A DNA stretch of 64,000 nucleotides from Eledone cirrhosa (Eukaryota), in NCBI GenBank assembly GCA_964016885.1, contig OZ024742.1, forward strand, positions 3,162,001 to 3,226,000. The letters are read 5' to 3'. Below the pieces are notes generated by a model that saw nothing but the letters and a program-made list of their open reading frames with translations, searched no databases and was not told the origin of the DNA. Shown in pieces: positions 50,406 through 61,830 of the stretch. Numbering within the stretch: the stretch's first letter is position 1; the number at the start of each line of letters is the position of its first letter. Position numbers and translations under genes: made by a program.

Positions 50406-50600
50406 AGTTTTAATATAGATGAGATTCTACAGGACTAGAACTGTTTCATATTTGAGAAATCATCAGATTTCTGATGATTTCTAGAAAATGAAAGAGTTCT
50501 CATCCTGTAGAGTCTCATCTATAGTAAAACTGTTATACTCTGCTATGTATTGAGTACCTTATTCCTGTGGTTACCTCCGATTCAACCCGGAATAACTTAC
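50406..50600. mobile_element. PLE terminal-repeat (pLTR) remnant with foldback: 126-bp palindrome 50406-50531 with an HHR-like core
   Basis: 62-bp arms matching at 54/62 positions with a 2-nt loop. CTGATGA (50471-50477) ... GAAA (50490-50493) on +, mirrored on -. Flanked by (TA)n on both sides. Confidence 0.65.
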
Positions 50601-50820
50601 CTATATATATATATATATATAAAATATATATATAATATATATACATAGTTCAAGAGTAACCAATCTTAAAGAGAGAGATGGAGATAGGAGAGGAGATAGG
50701 AGAGGAGAAGAGCAATTTGTGAATTAGTTAGAAGCCAAAGCGTAATGGCATGTGCTCAATGTGCAGTATGCAGTGGAAGGCAGCTAGGTGGCTGGGTTCA
50801 TGCAGAGGTTATGTGCACTA

Positions 50821-51928
50821 ATCTAATCTAGCCACTAATATCCCTAAATGCTTCCCCTATCCTATCTAAACATCCCCCCTCAACCATAGATATTACAATC
50901 TCTTTAATAAAAAATAACATTAAAATCTCATTCTCCACAACACCTAACCTAGCTAGCCACATCGCATTCAGTAACCATCATAAACTAAGACAGTATAACT
51001 CCCACACCGCGGTACCACCATCCCCATCAAATACACCACGCCACTACACCAATACTTACTCTAGTAGCACACATCCCTCACCTAATGCTTTTAGCACGGA
51101 TCAACCGCTTAGTTTAAACAACCCTACTCTCACTAACCGCAGAAGTAACTGCAACTGCCGTTACCCTAACGCATGCCCACTAAATGGACATTGCCTGACA
51201 CCCATTATAGTTTATAGGTGCACAGTTAAAACTGCTTCGCATACCAGCTCCTATATCGGCTCTATCTCTAACCCTTTTAAGGTACGCTATAACGCGTACT
51301 CTTTTTCCTTCCTAGACCCTAACAACAGATGTTCGACATCTCTAGCAAGGCTCATTAAAAACCTTAAATTAACCAACATTGAACACTCACTAACATGGGA
51401 TATCTTGGCTAGGGCCCAACCGTTCCATGGACGAAGAAACTCTTGTGACCTTTGTCTTACCGAAGCATACTACATAACTCTATCACGACCTCTACCGATT
51501 AACGATAGAACGGAGATAACTATTAGCTGTCAACATCGAAGGGCTAATTCCTTCGCCAACGGAATATTTGACCCAACATAGTCATCTAGCCCAATTTTTA
51601 CTTATAGCTAATAAGTTAAATAGCTATAGCTAACTTAGATAATTATTAGTTACCTCCTTTACATTGTCTCTCAATTATAAAATTAAAAAATTAGCACTTC
51701 TTAACTATAACCTATCCACAATTTCTAATTTCTCGAGGAGTTACTTCCCCTGAAACCACCCTCTAATTAGTAAGGTAAATATGTCCACTGGCGGCGATCT
51801 TGTTACCCATAGGCAGATCTCACACAATTCTGCCTCGACAGAAGAATACTGCTCGACTATGGCAGACAATAGATATACCCAGGACACCATAGTGAAATAC
51901 CAATATATGGAACATTACATTCATGCAA

Positions 51929-51935
<7 letters not shown>
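50821..51935 (+). mobile_element. 5'-truncated Naiad-like Penelope element (linker + GIY-YIG endonuclease + 3' UTR); missed by the ORF track
   Basis: Manual translation of 51150-51581 is open: CNCRYPNACPLNGHCLTPIIVYRCTV...SYIGS...FKVRY...LTWDIL...CDLCLTE...SCQHRR*. Upstream frameshifted NNIKISFSTTPNL matches the copy at 53016-53843. Ends at (TA)n. Confidence 0.82.
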
Positions 51936-51980
<45 letters not shown>

Positions 51981-52019
51981 TAATATATAAATGTATATAT
52001 ATATATATGAAAAAGTATG

Positions 52020-52115
52020 ACCCCGACGGCAGAGCTCAAGCCGTTTCGACGTCTATTTCTGGACTAAATTAGAATGTTTAGCCTGGTGAATAAATAGCCG
52101 AACTTTTCAAGGGGT
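52020..52115 (-). ncRNA. Type I hammerhead ribozyme with U3-A8 variant core
   Basis: Minus strand: ACCCC-UUGAAAA-(long stem II)-GAAA-CGGC uugagcucu GCCG-UC-GGGGU. Stem I 5 bp, stem III 4 bp plus A-U, GUC cleavage triplet (cut between 52025 and 52024). Confidence 0.78.
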
Positions 52116-52492
52116 ACTTGCTTATATGGGAAGATTGTAGTTGTCAAGAGGATTAGTCAAAATAAACACAAATAAGTCTATCATGGCATTTGGTGCGAGG
52201 TAGGGGTGGCTGAACTTGCCTGTAGAACAATGAGGGAGTGAGTGGAGCCAGTGAAGCGTTGAAAGTGACATGTATACAGCAGATTCTAAGGATAGTGTAT
52301 GAAAAGTCGAAAAAATTGTTCTGGAGAAAAAATGGAGGAGGGATGTTATAGAATGGGTAATTCGAATGAGAGTAGGAGACAATAAAAAATAATAGAAAGA
52401 AATATTAAAAAAAACAAACAAAAAAAACAGTAGGGTATATAAACAGCTGCTATGATTAGTAGGTGTTGCTTGTACGGTCAAAGCTAAAGAAA

Positions 52493-52790
52493 AGGTTAAT
52501 AAGTTGAGAATGGAAAATAGTAAATAAGAATTGTAGAGGTAGGTAGTGAAAAAAATATAAAGCAAACTTTTCAGGGGTCTAACACAGCTGCTAAAAATAG
52601 TTAGTAAAGCGTATTCCGCCATTGTTATCTTACAATTACAGGTTAATAAGTTGAGAATATAAAAAAAAATATAGAAATTGTAGAAATGGAGTAGTAACAA
52701 AAATGATACAAAATTACAGGGGTCTAACACATCTGCTATAAATAGTTAGTAAAGAGTATTCGGCCAATTCTATATTAAAATTACAGGGGT
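52493..52790. repeat. Degenerate ~145-bp tandem duplication in the Naiad-like 3' UTR
   Basis: aggttaataagttgagaat at 52493/52640. caggggtctaacaca...aaatagttagtaaag at 52572/52717. Confidence 0.7.
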
Positions 52791-54359
52791 GGCGGTACTG
52801 AGGCTACAGGGGCCTGATGGGCTGCATCGGGGTAGGCGAAAGGGGAAAACAGACGAGGAAGAAGATCGGGTTGGAAGGAAGTGATAGGATCGGACAGTGG
52901 GAAGAAGAAAACATAGAGGAAAAGAAAAGAGGTACATCTACCTATGTAATCTGGGGTTTCCCCTAACTTATTCGGCAAGTGTGTGGGGGGGGGGGGGGGG
53001 GGTATCAGCCCTTGTCTACCCAGCCGGATCATTAGGTGGTTTGAGGGCGAGGTAACTCCTCCGCAATCTGTGTTTGCATGCCGTTACCAGTTCGTCTTTC
53101 TTGTTTAGGAATTGGTCCTTCGAAAACAGCATTTGTAATGTTTTCCCCGAGCATAAGTTACACGGATGGCGTCCTCCCGTGTAAGAGTTAGCTCTGGACA
53201 GTAAGCTCCAAGTGAGATTGTAGGTTATATTATTATCTTGGAGATCCCAGATGTGGCCCGAAAGTGTAGTGGCATGTCGCCGGACCGGGTTTCGGAAAGT
53301 ATTTCGGTGTTGGTAGAGCCGTGTCTTGAAGTCACAAGCGGTTAATCCTATATAAGCTTTGTTGGAGGTGTCAGATCTCACGTTGCACTGGTAGATCACG
53401 TTACGATCTCGGCTAATGTTGTTGAGGGGGCACGTAGATCTATCAGGGCAGTTACACCTCCTGGTCGGCTCTCCACTGATGTCTAGGTTGTTTCTTCCAT
53501 AGGGGTTGAGTTTTTTGTTGTTTGAGGAGACGATGTTTTGTGCGAAGTTAGGTGTCGTGCTGTAGGAGAGTTTGATGGTGATTTTGTTGATTATGTTGTG
53601 GTAGCGGTGTTGTAGCGGGAAGTGTTTTTCGAGGAGCCTAAAGAAGATTTTCCCGATAGGTGTTGCCACCTCGGCATTATGGGGAGGATTGAACCACGTT
53701 ACCTTGCGTGAGCGGCTGTGTCGCCTGCTGGTTCCGCTAAGGGAAGCTCGATAAAAGGATATTTCCTCCCGGAAGCCACTCCGCTTGAGGGCCTGGTTGT
53801 AATGAGGCGCATGTTCGTCGAATATCTGCTCATTAGCGGACAAACGAGATAAGCGGAGGGAGATGTTTTTAACCAGGTTATTGGTTATGTTTCTAGGATG
53901 GTTAGAGCGGCGGTGGATGTAGTGCAGGTTGTCGTTGGGCAGTACAGATAATTTTCGAGGTTAAGGGTAACGTCCAGGAAATTGACTCAGGTTAGGGACG
54001 TTTGTAGGGTGATTTTAAATCCTCAGTCCCGGAAGAAGTTGATTAGTTGTTTACGGACCCGGTCTGTACTACTGGGGTTGTACCCTTTGAGGGTGAGGAG
54101 CCCATCATCTCGGTACAATCAACCGCGGAATGCAGGAAACATTTCGGTGAGTTTAAATAGTAGGAATAATCCTATAAGATCTGTGACCTCGGCCGAATCC
54201 GTCGCGCCCATACTGACGTCGAAGGGGAAGTCGGGAGCTCTTGTTATCAACTTGGAGTTGTCGAAAAGTAGGACTCTCTTCCTGGCATGGAGAATGATAT
54301 TTCTTTCCTGGTCAGTGATGGGTGTGAGTGTTTCGGCAAAGTCCAAGGCGGCCGTAAGG

Positions 54360-56690
54360 TAAGCAGAATATCTAGGAAGTTGCTTAGGCGGTGGGTTTCC
54401 CATGTGGTACCTGCTATTATGGGTCTTAATTAAAGGTCATTATGAGTGGCTATATTGATTAGGGCCTGCAAGCAAGCCACAGACATTTACATCAATATAG
54501 CCCTTCCTGATGACCTTAAATTAAGACCCATAATAGCAGGCACCACATGTGAAACCCACCACCTAAGCAACTTCCTAGATATTCTGCTTAAACCTTTCCT
54601 AAAACACATAAAAAGCTTCATAAGGGACGACCTTGACATGCTCAACCACCTACAAACAACACTCAATAATGAACATACCATACTAGTAACCTTTTATGTC
54701 ATCAATTTATATTCCAATATCCCACACAACCTAGGTATAGAGGCAATACAATTCTGGCTTGAAAATTTCCCTAGTGAACTTCCATAGCGCATCCCTAAAT
54801 AATTTGTGTTGGAGGGACTCAAATTCATCTTGGAAAACAATTTCTTAGAATTCAATGCCAAATAATACAGATATAAATCTGGGACTGCCATGGGCACGAA
54901 AGTAGCCCCCTCATACGCTAACCTTGTCATGGGATATTTGGAAACCACTCCCTACCGCAAAGTTCTAGACAAATACAGCAGCCACTTCTACCAACACATA
55001 GAAAAGAACTGGAAGAGATATCTGGACGACTGCTTCATCCTCTGGCATGAAAGTATAGATAAACTGTTTGAGTTTAAAACCCTTCTGAATGGACTCAACA
55101 CAAACTTACAATTTACAATGGATTACAGCCATCAACAACTCCCTTTCTTCGACATCCTCATCAAGAAAACAAACGGCAAAATAGAAACAGACATATACTA
55201 CAAACCCACAGACTCCAAACAATACCTTCCATTCAACTCGTGCCACCCTAGACACACAAAAATGGCAATTCCTTATAACCTAGCTAGAAGGATCTGCACA
55301 ATAGTTTCAGATAAATACACATGCTACACACGACTAGAAGAATTAAAAAACACACTTATCAGCAGAAACTACCCACCATCCCTAATCAACAATGGATTTC
55401 AACGTGCCCTAAAACTCGACATCCAGGAACTCAGACACCCCATACCCAGGAATAAACGGCAACAGAAAACTCTACCATACACAACCCCCTCAACAATGAG
55501 GCATTCGACACCATCCTCTAAAAGGAGACCCAAGAGTGAACAAAATCCTCCAAACACACAACATCATAAAGAGCAAAAGACAACCTAAATCCATGAAAAA
55601 ACATCCTCACACAAGTCAAAATCCAACAAACCCTCACAATGAACCCTACAGTAACAAAATGCGGAAGGCCCAACTGTGGCATATGCACAATAGAAAGTTC
55701 AACATTCCATTTTAAACAAGGACAACATTTCACAGTTAAACACAACTTTACATCTGCATCTGAAAACCTAATCTATGTTTTGACCTAGGACACCACATAG
55801 GACAGACAAAAACAACCCCCGACAACGTATGACCGTCCATAAATCACAAATCAAAATACAGGAATACAGAAACATTCCATTTAGTGAACATATCGCCAAT
55901 TGTGCACCGAACCAACATCCAAACTTTAAAATTTCCCCATTTACAAATTAATAGACAACGCTACTTTCATCCAATAAGGAAACGTATTTCATTAAGAAAT
56001 TCAAACCTCTACTTAATGCACTAAACTTCGGACTAAACTAAAACTGCAACGAACAAATACCTATGTCTCTCTAAAGAGTTATCTCCCATACATCCTACCT
56101 AATCCTTTTTCTTAAATAAATTAAATATCATCCAGCATGAATTACCTCCCCCTGCATATTAACTCTCTAAAAAGGGGAATCATATCAAACCCCAGTCCAC
56201 TATTTGCCTCCATCATGGATCAACTAAGCACTCTTGCTATATTAACACATTTTGATCTGCTCATCTTCAAGAACTATGCCTGTAAATAACATTATTTTTT
56301 CTTTTACATTGACTTATTATGCTCCACATTACGCCCCTTTTTTTTCTTTTTTCTTTTCACTTCATAAACCTTCTTTGTAAATAACATTATTCTTTCTGCA
56401 CCATTTCTTTAACATGTCCAACACCACCATTCTACACCAATACATATTATTATCATTTGATAATGCATAAAAATGCTGAAACCGGAAATAGACAATTATT
56501 AAATATATAAATAAATAAATAAATGCCATTGTTAATTAATAAATAAATTAATTAATACCTTAACACTTCACACAAAATAAAATATTTCGTTTTAATCATT
56601 TTCTAACCCAGAAAATAGAGAGATAGAAATAAAAAGGGAAAAAATTTTTTTTTTCTTCCTAATAATCGTTTTTTACTCCCTGTATTCATA
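54360..56690 (+). mobile_element. Degenerate 5'-truncated Neptune-like Penelope element with a 100-bp foldback at its 5' end
   Basis: LRPIIAG, LYSNIPH, GTAMGTKVAPSYANLVMG, WKRYLDDCF, IYYKPTDSKQYL and KCGRPNCGIC linker, with stops and frameshifts. 54360-54459 is the inverse of 54491-54590. Ends at (TA)n. Confidence 0.85.
56452..56492 (+). ncRNA. Degenerate minimal HHR motif (UUGAUAA core) in the Neptune-like pLTR
   Basis: TTGATAA-tgcat aaaa atgct-GAAA-CCGG. The expected U after CCGG is mutated to A. Confidence 0.5.
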
Positions 56691-56728
56691 TATATATATC
56701 CTAACTAGTGTGCTTCCTCTCCACATCT

Positions 56729-56815
<87 letters not shown>

Positions 56816-56821
<6 letters not shown>

Positions 56822-56968
56822 AATAACAGGAGGCTGGACTGGTGTAAATCCTTGAAAGGTTTATTATACTATGATCAATTCAATGACCGGGTTCAGTATG
56901 AATCCGTTGATATCATCAGGTATTCAAAATATAACAAAGGAATATAACAGATAAAATCCATGGGGCTG
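56816..56968 (-). mobile_element. PLE pLTR remnant with a minimal HHR motif (56882-56925)
   Basis: Minus strand: CUGAUGA-uaucaa cgga uucaua cu-GAAC-CCGG-UC. Palindromic stem III typical of PLE minimal HHRs. Abuts (TA)n. Confidence 0.55.
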
Positions 56969-57092
56969 AAAATCAGAGACAAGAGGACGACCGACTATTT
57001 AGCAGCTTCTACCTCAGTCGACCGCGCCCTCGAGGGCGACCGACTGAGGTAGAAGCTGCTAAATAGTTGGTCGTCCTCTTGTCTCTGATTTT
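56969..57092. repeat. 124-bp near-perfect palindrome/hairpin
   Basis: 52-bp arms with one mismatch, a small asymmetric bulge, and central CGCCCTCGAGGGCG. Confidence 0.92.
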
Positions 57093-57762
57093 GAAATAAG
57101 TCCGTCCCAACACAAATGAGTACAATAATAATAATAATCAGACCCTATGAATAATAATTTTGAAAATCTGGTAAATTATTTGTGAAGGCGATAAAAAGTG
57201 GACATATGTGTTTGGGAGGAGTCGTTCGGACTGTAAGGGAATGAGGTAATTATTATGTTAATGTGACACTTGTCAGTAATTATGTAATTGTAGAAGATTT
57301 TATGATCCTAGCGAGAAATGGCTGAATTATAGAATATTTGTGTTTGATGTTATCTACGAATAACTCTTCACAATTTTGTCCCTGCATGAACACAGTCTAA
57401 TGATTGAAACCTGTAAAAGAATAAAGGCATACTTTATTAATCTATTACGCTTATTTATACCCACGTGACACATAAAGTTGAGGATCGCACATGTTCTAAA
57501 CCTTTAAAAAAAACCTATGTATATTTGCCATTTATTTAAATCTTAACAAGCGAAATTTGTAACATCGGGATGTTTTAAAAATCATGTCTTTGTCATAACC
57601 GTCACATCTGAAATAATCTAAAACAACTAAATAATATCTAATCCAGTAAAAATATTATATAACAAATTGGAGACATAGAGTTATGTTTTGAACACATACA
57701 CTCTAAAATGGACCATACTAATGATGTCCAAATGTAAGGATTATGATTTAATGAGACTATGG

Positions 57763-57996
<234 letters not shown>

Positions 57997-58053
57997 CAGA
58001 GAGATAGAGATAGGTAGACTGATAGATACAGGAAAGTGAGAGAGTTGTCTTAC

Positions 58054-58159
58054 CTTGGAAGTTTACTTTTAATAGATATTGCTTCAAAAGTTCGCCATTA
58101 ATGGGTGACATTTTATCGCAGAGATTCTGTTTTCCATCGCATAAATCCCGATGCATTGC
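58054..58159 (-). CDS. Internal exon (106 nt) of the mGluR-like gene: [35 protein letters not shown](G)
   Basis: Acceptor TTTTATTTCCCTGTACAG| and donor G|GTAAGA. The MH..LC.....LC..M.PI.G..L..YL..VNF motif is characteristic of the mGluR ligand-binding domain. Confidence 0.9.
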
Positions 58160-58731
58160 CTGTACAGGGAAATAAAACACTGCTCATTAGATTCTGTTAA
58201 ATCAATCGAAGTAGACGGCTTATTTCTAACATATATCGATGTATGGCTATAATGTGGTTTATGGTTTTCAGATACTATCCGCTTTCTGCTTTAGTAACTA
58301 TTGTCAGTCCTCAATATTTACGATTGTATAGAAGGAATGTATAATCCCATAGATGTATTGAATCTATTATTGTTAGATCTGGCAAGAACTATTCAGGAAT
58401 TAAGATTGAGTTTTTCAAGAGAGAAATTGTAGGGAGGCGAAATATGTTTCTGTGAATGCAGCTGGTTAATAAAGAATAATTAATTTATCTTATTAATGTG
58501 ATATTCTCCTCTACACCTAATGTTCTTAATCTACTTGAGATATTAATCTTACCTTCAATGCTAGATAGCCATTAAATGCAAAATATAATGTCAACGTTAA
58601 AAAAGGGTGTAATGAATCACTGATACACGGCGATAGTATTAGTCACCAAGAGGTGAAGAATGCCTCTACGCATGAAAATATATTGTCATGTTCCATGTAT
58701 TTATATCAGACATTCATTATATATATATATT

Positions 58732-58814
<83 letters not shown>

Positions 58815-58868
58815 CGTTTCTGAATTTGTTTAGCAAGATTCATTATCTGAAATCGTGAGTTGAAACCG

Positions 58869-59051
58869 ATATTGTTATACTTTGGGAGGGTCATGTTGCC
58901 AATAAGAAACACACGCACCAGTTGCTTTCACTTCAATTTATTATAATAAATTTATAATAAATTTATAAATTTATTATAATAAATTGAATTGAAAGCAACT
59001 GGTGCGTGTGTTTCTTATTGGCAACATGACCCTCCCAAAGTATAACAATAT
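58869..59051. repeat. 183-bp inverted repeat/hairpin with AT-rich repetitive centre
   Basis: atattgttatactttgggagggtcatgttgccaataagaaacacacgcaccagttgctttca and its exact reverse complement. Flanked by (TA)n. Confidence 0.92.
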
Positions 59052-59064
59052 ATATTTATATTTA

Positions 59065-59150
<86 letters not shown>

Positions 59151-59159
59151 TGTATGTAT

Positions 59160-59260
59160 AGTGAAAAGTTAGGGCCTGGCGGCTGAGCTGATGCTGTTTC
59201 AATGGATATATACTTTCCCGAGTGTTGAATAATTAGCTGTACATTGTCTTATTTAAATTG
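59160..59260 (-). mobile_element. Short diverged pLTR tip related to the Naiad-like 3' end at 52009-52060
   Basis: gaaaagttagggcctggcggctgagctgatgctgtttc resembles gaaaaagtatgaccccgacggcagagctcaagccgtttc. Both abut microsatellite. Confidence 0.45.
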
Positions 59261-59324
59261 ATAGCTCCTAATCTATCTATCTATCTAATACACACACTCA
59301 CACACACACACACACACATATAAG

Positions 59325-59355
<31 letters not shown>

Positions 59356-59483
59356 TTATTTATTTATACCAATTATTATATTTTATCTGACAAAAATATT
59401 ATACTCTCTAAATACGTATAATAAGATAAATATGCTTTTATAAAGATATTTTCCATTTATTAATATCATTGATATATATATAT

Positions 59484-59599
59484 CTTAGTCTTAGATTCTT
59501 CCGCGCCGTTCGGCGCATGGAGCAGTAAGTACTCGCCAACGGTCACGATCAACGGCAACATTTTCGAGACCGTGCCAGGTGATGTTGACTGCCATCAGG
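59484..59599 (-). mobile_element. Extreme 3' end of an RTE-like LINE
   Basis: Minus strand [35 protein letters not shown] followed by a (CTAAGA)n tail. Inserted in (TA)n. Confidence 0.65.
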
Positions 59600-59602
59600 T
59601 TC

Positions 59603-59856
<254 letters not shown>

Positions 59857-60390
59857 AAAGAATAGAGGTGTAACACACAAGTTATTATATATTGGTAAAC
59901 GGAATAGAAAATGCTGACAAATTGTTCACAGTTGAAAAATGGTTTAATTAGGAATAAAAGAGTATTAGTAATTGTATGGGTTAGTATTCAGTTGTGGTTT
60001 TAAGTTTTTAAGTTTTTACCGGTTGCGCATTTCTAAATGCTTTTCAAAAATAATTTTGAGATAGAGTGTCCGTGCTGTTTGCTCTGATCTGATTAGTTTT
60101 GGGAATTCTACCTGTTTTTATGTTAAAAAAGTGGCTCCAGCGTTATTTTTGTGTTGCAAAAATGCTTGTGGTCAAAACAATTTTGATTGGTCGGTAGAGG
60201 TCATGTGAATGTAAAAAGTTGATTTTGCGCCAAGACTGATTTTATGTTAAAAAAGTGGCTCCAGCAAAAATTCTTGGTCAAAACAATTTTGATTGGTCGG
60301 TAGAGGTCATGTGGATAAAAAATTGGTTTTGCGCCAAGATTGAGAAATGACTCTTTCCGGTATTTTCCTGTATTCCCGTATTTTAATTTG

Positions 60391-61830
60391 CTCAATCACC
60401 TCCCTAAAATGCCACTTTCTGAACAAACCCTACTAGTGACGTTCGATGTAGTCAACCTATACTCCAACATCCCCCACAACCTAGGAATAGTAGCTATCCA
60501 ATTCTGGCTGGATAATTTCCACAATGAACTCCCACAACGCATCAAAAAAGAATTCGTGATAGAGGGACTCAAATTTATCTTGGAGAACAATTACTTCGTT
60601 TTCAATAACAAACCCTACAGGCAAAAATCTGGGACCGCTTTGGGAACGAAAACAGCCCCTACTTATGCCAACCTAGTCATGGGATACCTGGAAATCACCA
60701 TCTACACTAAAGTCCTAAACAAATTTGGGAACACCCTCCACTTACACATTGAAAGGAACTGGAAGCGATATCTAGATGACTGCTTCATCCTTTGGCACGA
60801 AAACATCGAGAAACTTAAAGAATTTCACACCCTTATAAATGGGCTCAACACAAATATTAACTTCACGATGGAATACAGCCATCAACAACTCACCTTCCTC
60901 GACATCCTCATTAAGATCCATAACAAAAAAATAGAAACAGACATATACTACAAGCCCACAGACTCCAAGCAATATCTCCCTTTCAACTCTTGCCACCCTA
61001 GACACGTTAAAATTAATATTCCCTACAACTTAGCCAAGAGAATCTGTACTATAGTCTCCAATAAAAACATCTGCTACTTACGGCTACAAGAACTAAAGGA
61101 CACACTCATAGGCAGGGACTACCCTGCATCACTAATTGACAATGGAATCCAACGTGCCCTAAAACTCAGTACCCAGGACCTTAGACACCTTAAAGTAAAT
61201 CAACCAAAACTAAAAGCTCTTCCATACATCTCCACACACAACCCCCTCAACAATGAGGCCTTTGACACCATCCTCCAGAACATCCCTGTATTGAAAAAGG
61301 ACCATAGAATGAACCAAATTCTACGAACAGACGATATCATAAAGAGCAAAAGACAATCCAAGTCAATGAAAAACATCTTAACACATGCCAAAGTACTGCC
61401 AACCACAACAACGAAACCCACAGTAAAAAAATGCGATAGACCCAACTATGGCATTTGCATCAACCTAATAGAGGGTTCGGAATTCTATTTCAAAGATGGA
61501 CAACGTTTTATAGTAAAAAACAATTTCACATGTGCATCGGAAAATCTAATATATGTATTAACTTGTTCAGGTTGTCGAGAACAATACATAGGCCAGACCA
61601 AAAACAGCCTCCGCCAACGCATAACTGTCCATAGATCCCAAATTAAAATACGGGAATACAGGAAAATACCACTGAGTGAACACATTGATACCTGTGCCAC
61701 CCAAAATCATCCCAACTTCAGAATCTTTCCCCTCTACAAATTTAAAGATAATGCCACCCACACCCAGCGCATCAGCAAGGAATCTTACTTCATTAACAAA
61801 TACGGACCCCGTCTAAACACTTCTCCCTAA
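60391..61830 (+). CDS. Uninterrupted but N-terminally truncated Penelope-type RT + GIY-YIG endonuclease reading frame
   Basis: TFDVVNLYSNIPH, QKSGTALGTKTAPTYANLVMG, WKRYLDDCF, FLDILI, KCDRPNYGIC linker, NLIYVLTCSGCREQYIGQT...R..H...HIDTC. The ORF-track start at 60340 lies in inverted flanking sequence. Confidence 0.88.
   Translation, partial: LNHLPKMPLSEQTLLVTFDVVNLYSNIPHNLGIVAIQFWLDNFHNELPQRIKKEFVIEGLKFILENNYFVFNNKPYRQKSGTALGTKTAPTYANLVMGYLEITIYTKVLNKFGNTLHLHIERNWKRYLDDCFILWHENIEKLKEFHTLINGLNTNINFTMEYSHQQLTFLDILIKIHNKKIETDIYYKPTDSKQYLPFNSCHPRHVKINIPYNLAKRICTIVSNKNICYLRLQELKDTLIGRDYPASLIDNGIQRALKLSTQDLRHLKVNQPKLKALPYISTHNPLNNEAFDTILQNIPVLKKDHRMNQILRTDDIIKSKRQSKSMKNILTHAKVLPTTTTKPTVKKCDRPNYGICINLIEGSEFYFKDGQRFIVKNNFTCASENLIYVLTCSGCREQYIGQTKNSLRQRITVHRSQIKIREYRKIPLSEHIDTCATQNHPNFRIFPLYKFKDNATHTQRISKESYFINKYGPRLNTSP

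Larger units (their letters stand above)
52009..54359 (-). mobile_element. 5'-truncated, frameshifted Naiad-like Penelope element (RT + GIY-YIG + ~1 kb 3' UTR/pLTR)
   Basis: RT motifs FDVSMGATDSAEVTDLIG, LYRDDGL, VNFLDVTLNL, YIHRRSNHP. VTWFNPP, CNC-x5-C linker and NVIYQC...AYIGLT endonuclease motif. The 3' end carries an HHR and abuts (TA)n. Clade call is from motif memory. Confidence 0.85.

Noticed and set aside
51825-51870. Possible HHR (ctgcc...cagaaga...cgac...ggcag) in the first Naiad-like 3' UTR
   Set aside because: The core is too degenerate to support.
52122-53032. 202-aa hydrophobic ORF and 83-aa proline-rich ORF
   Set aside because: Low-complexity pyrimidine-rich 3' UTR of the Naiad-like element, with no recognisable domain.
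50821-54359. Selenocysteine read-through as reported for some Naiad elements
   Set aside because: No in-frame TGA at conserved Cys positions was seen in the translated endonuclease regions, and no SECIS was recognised.
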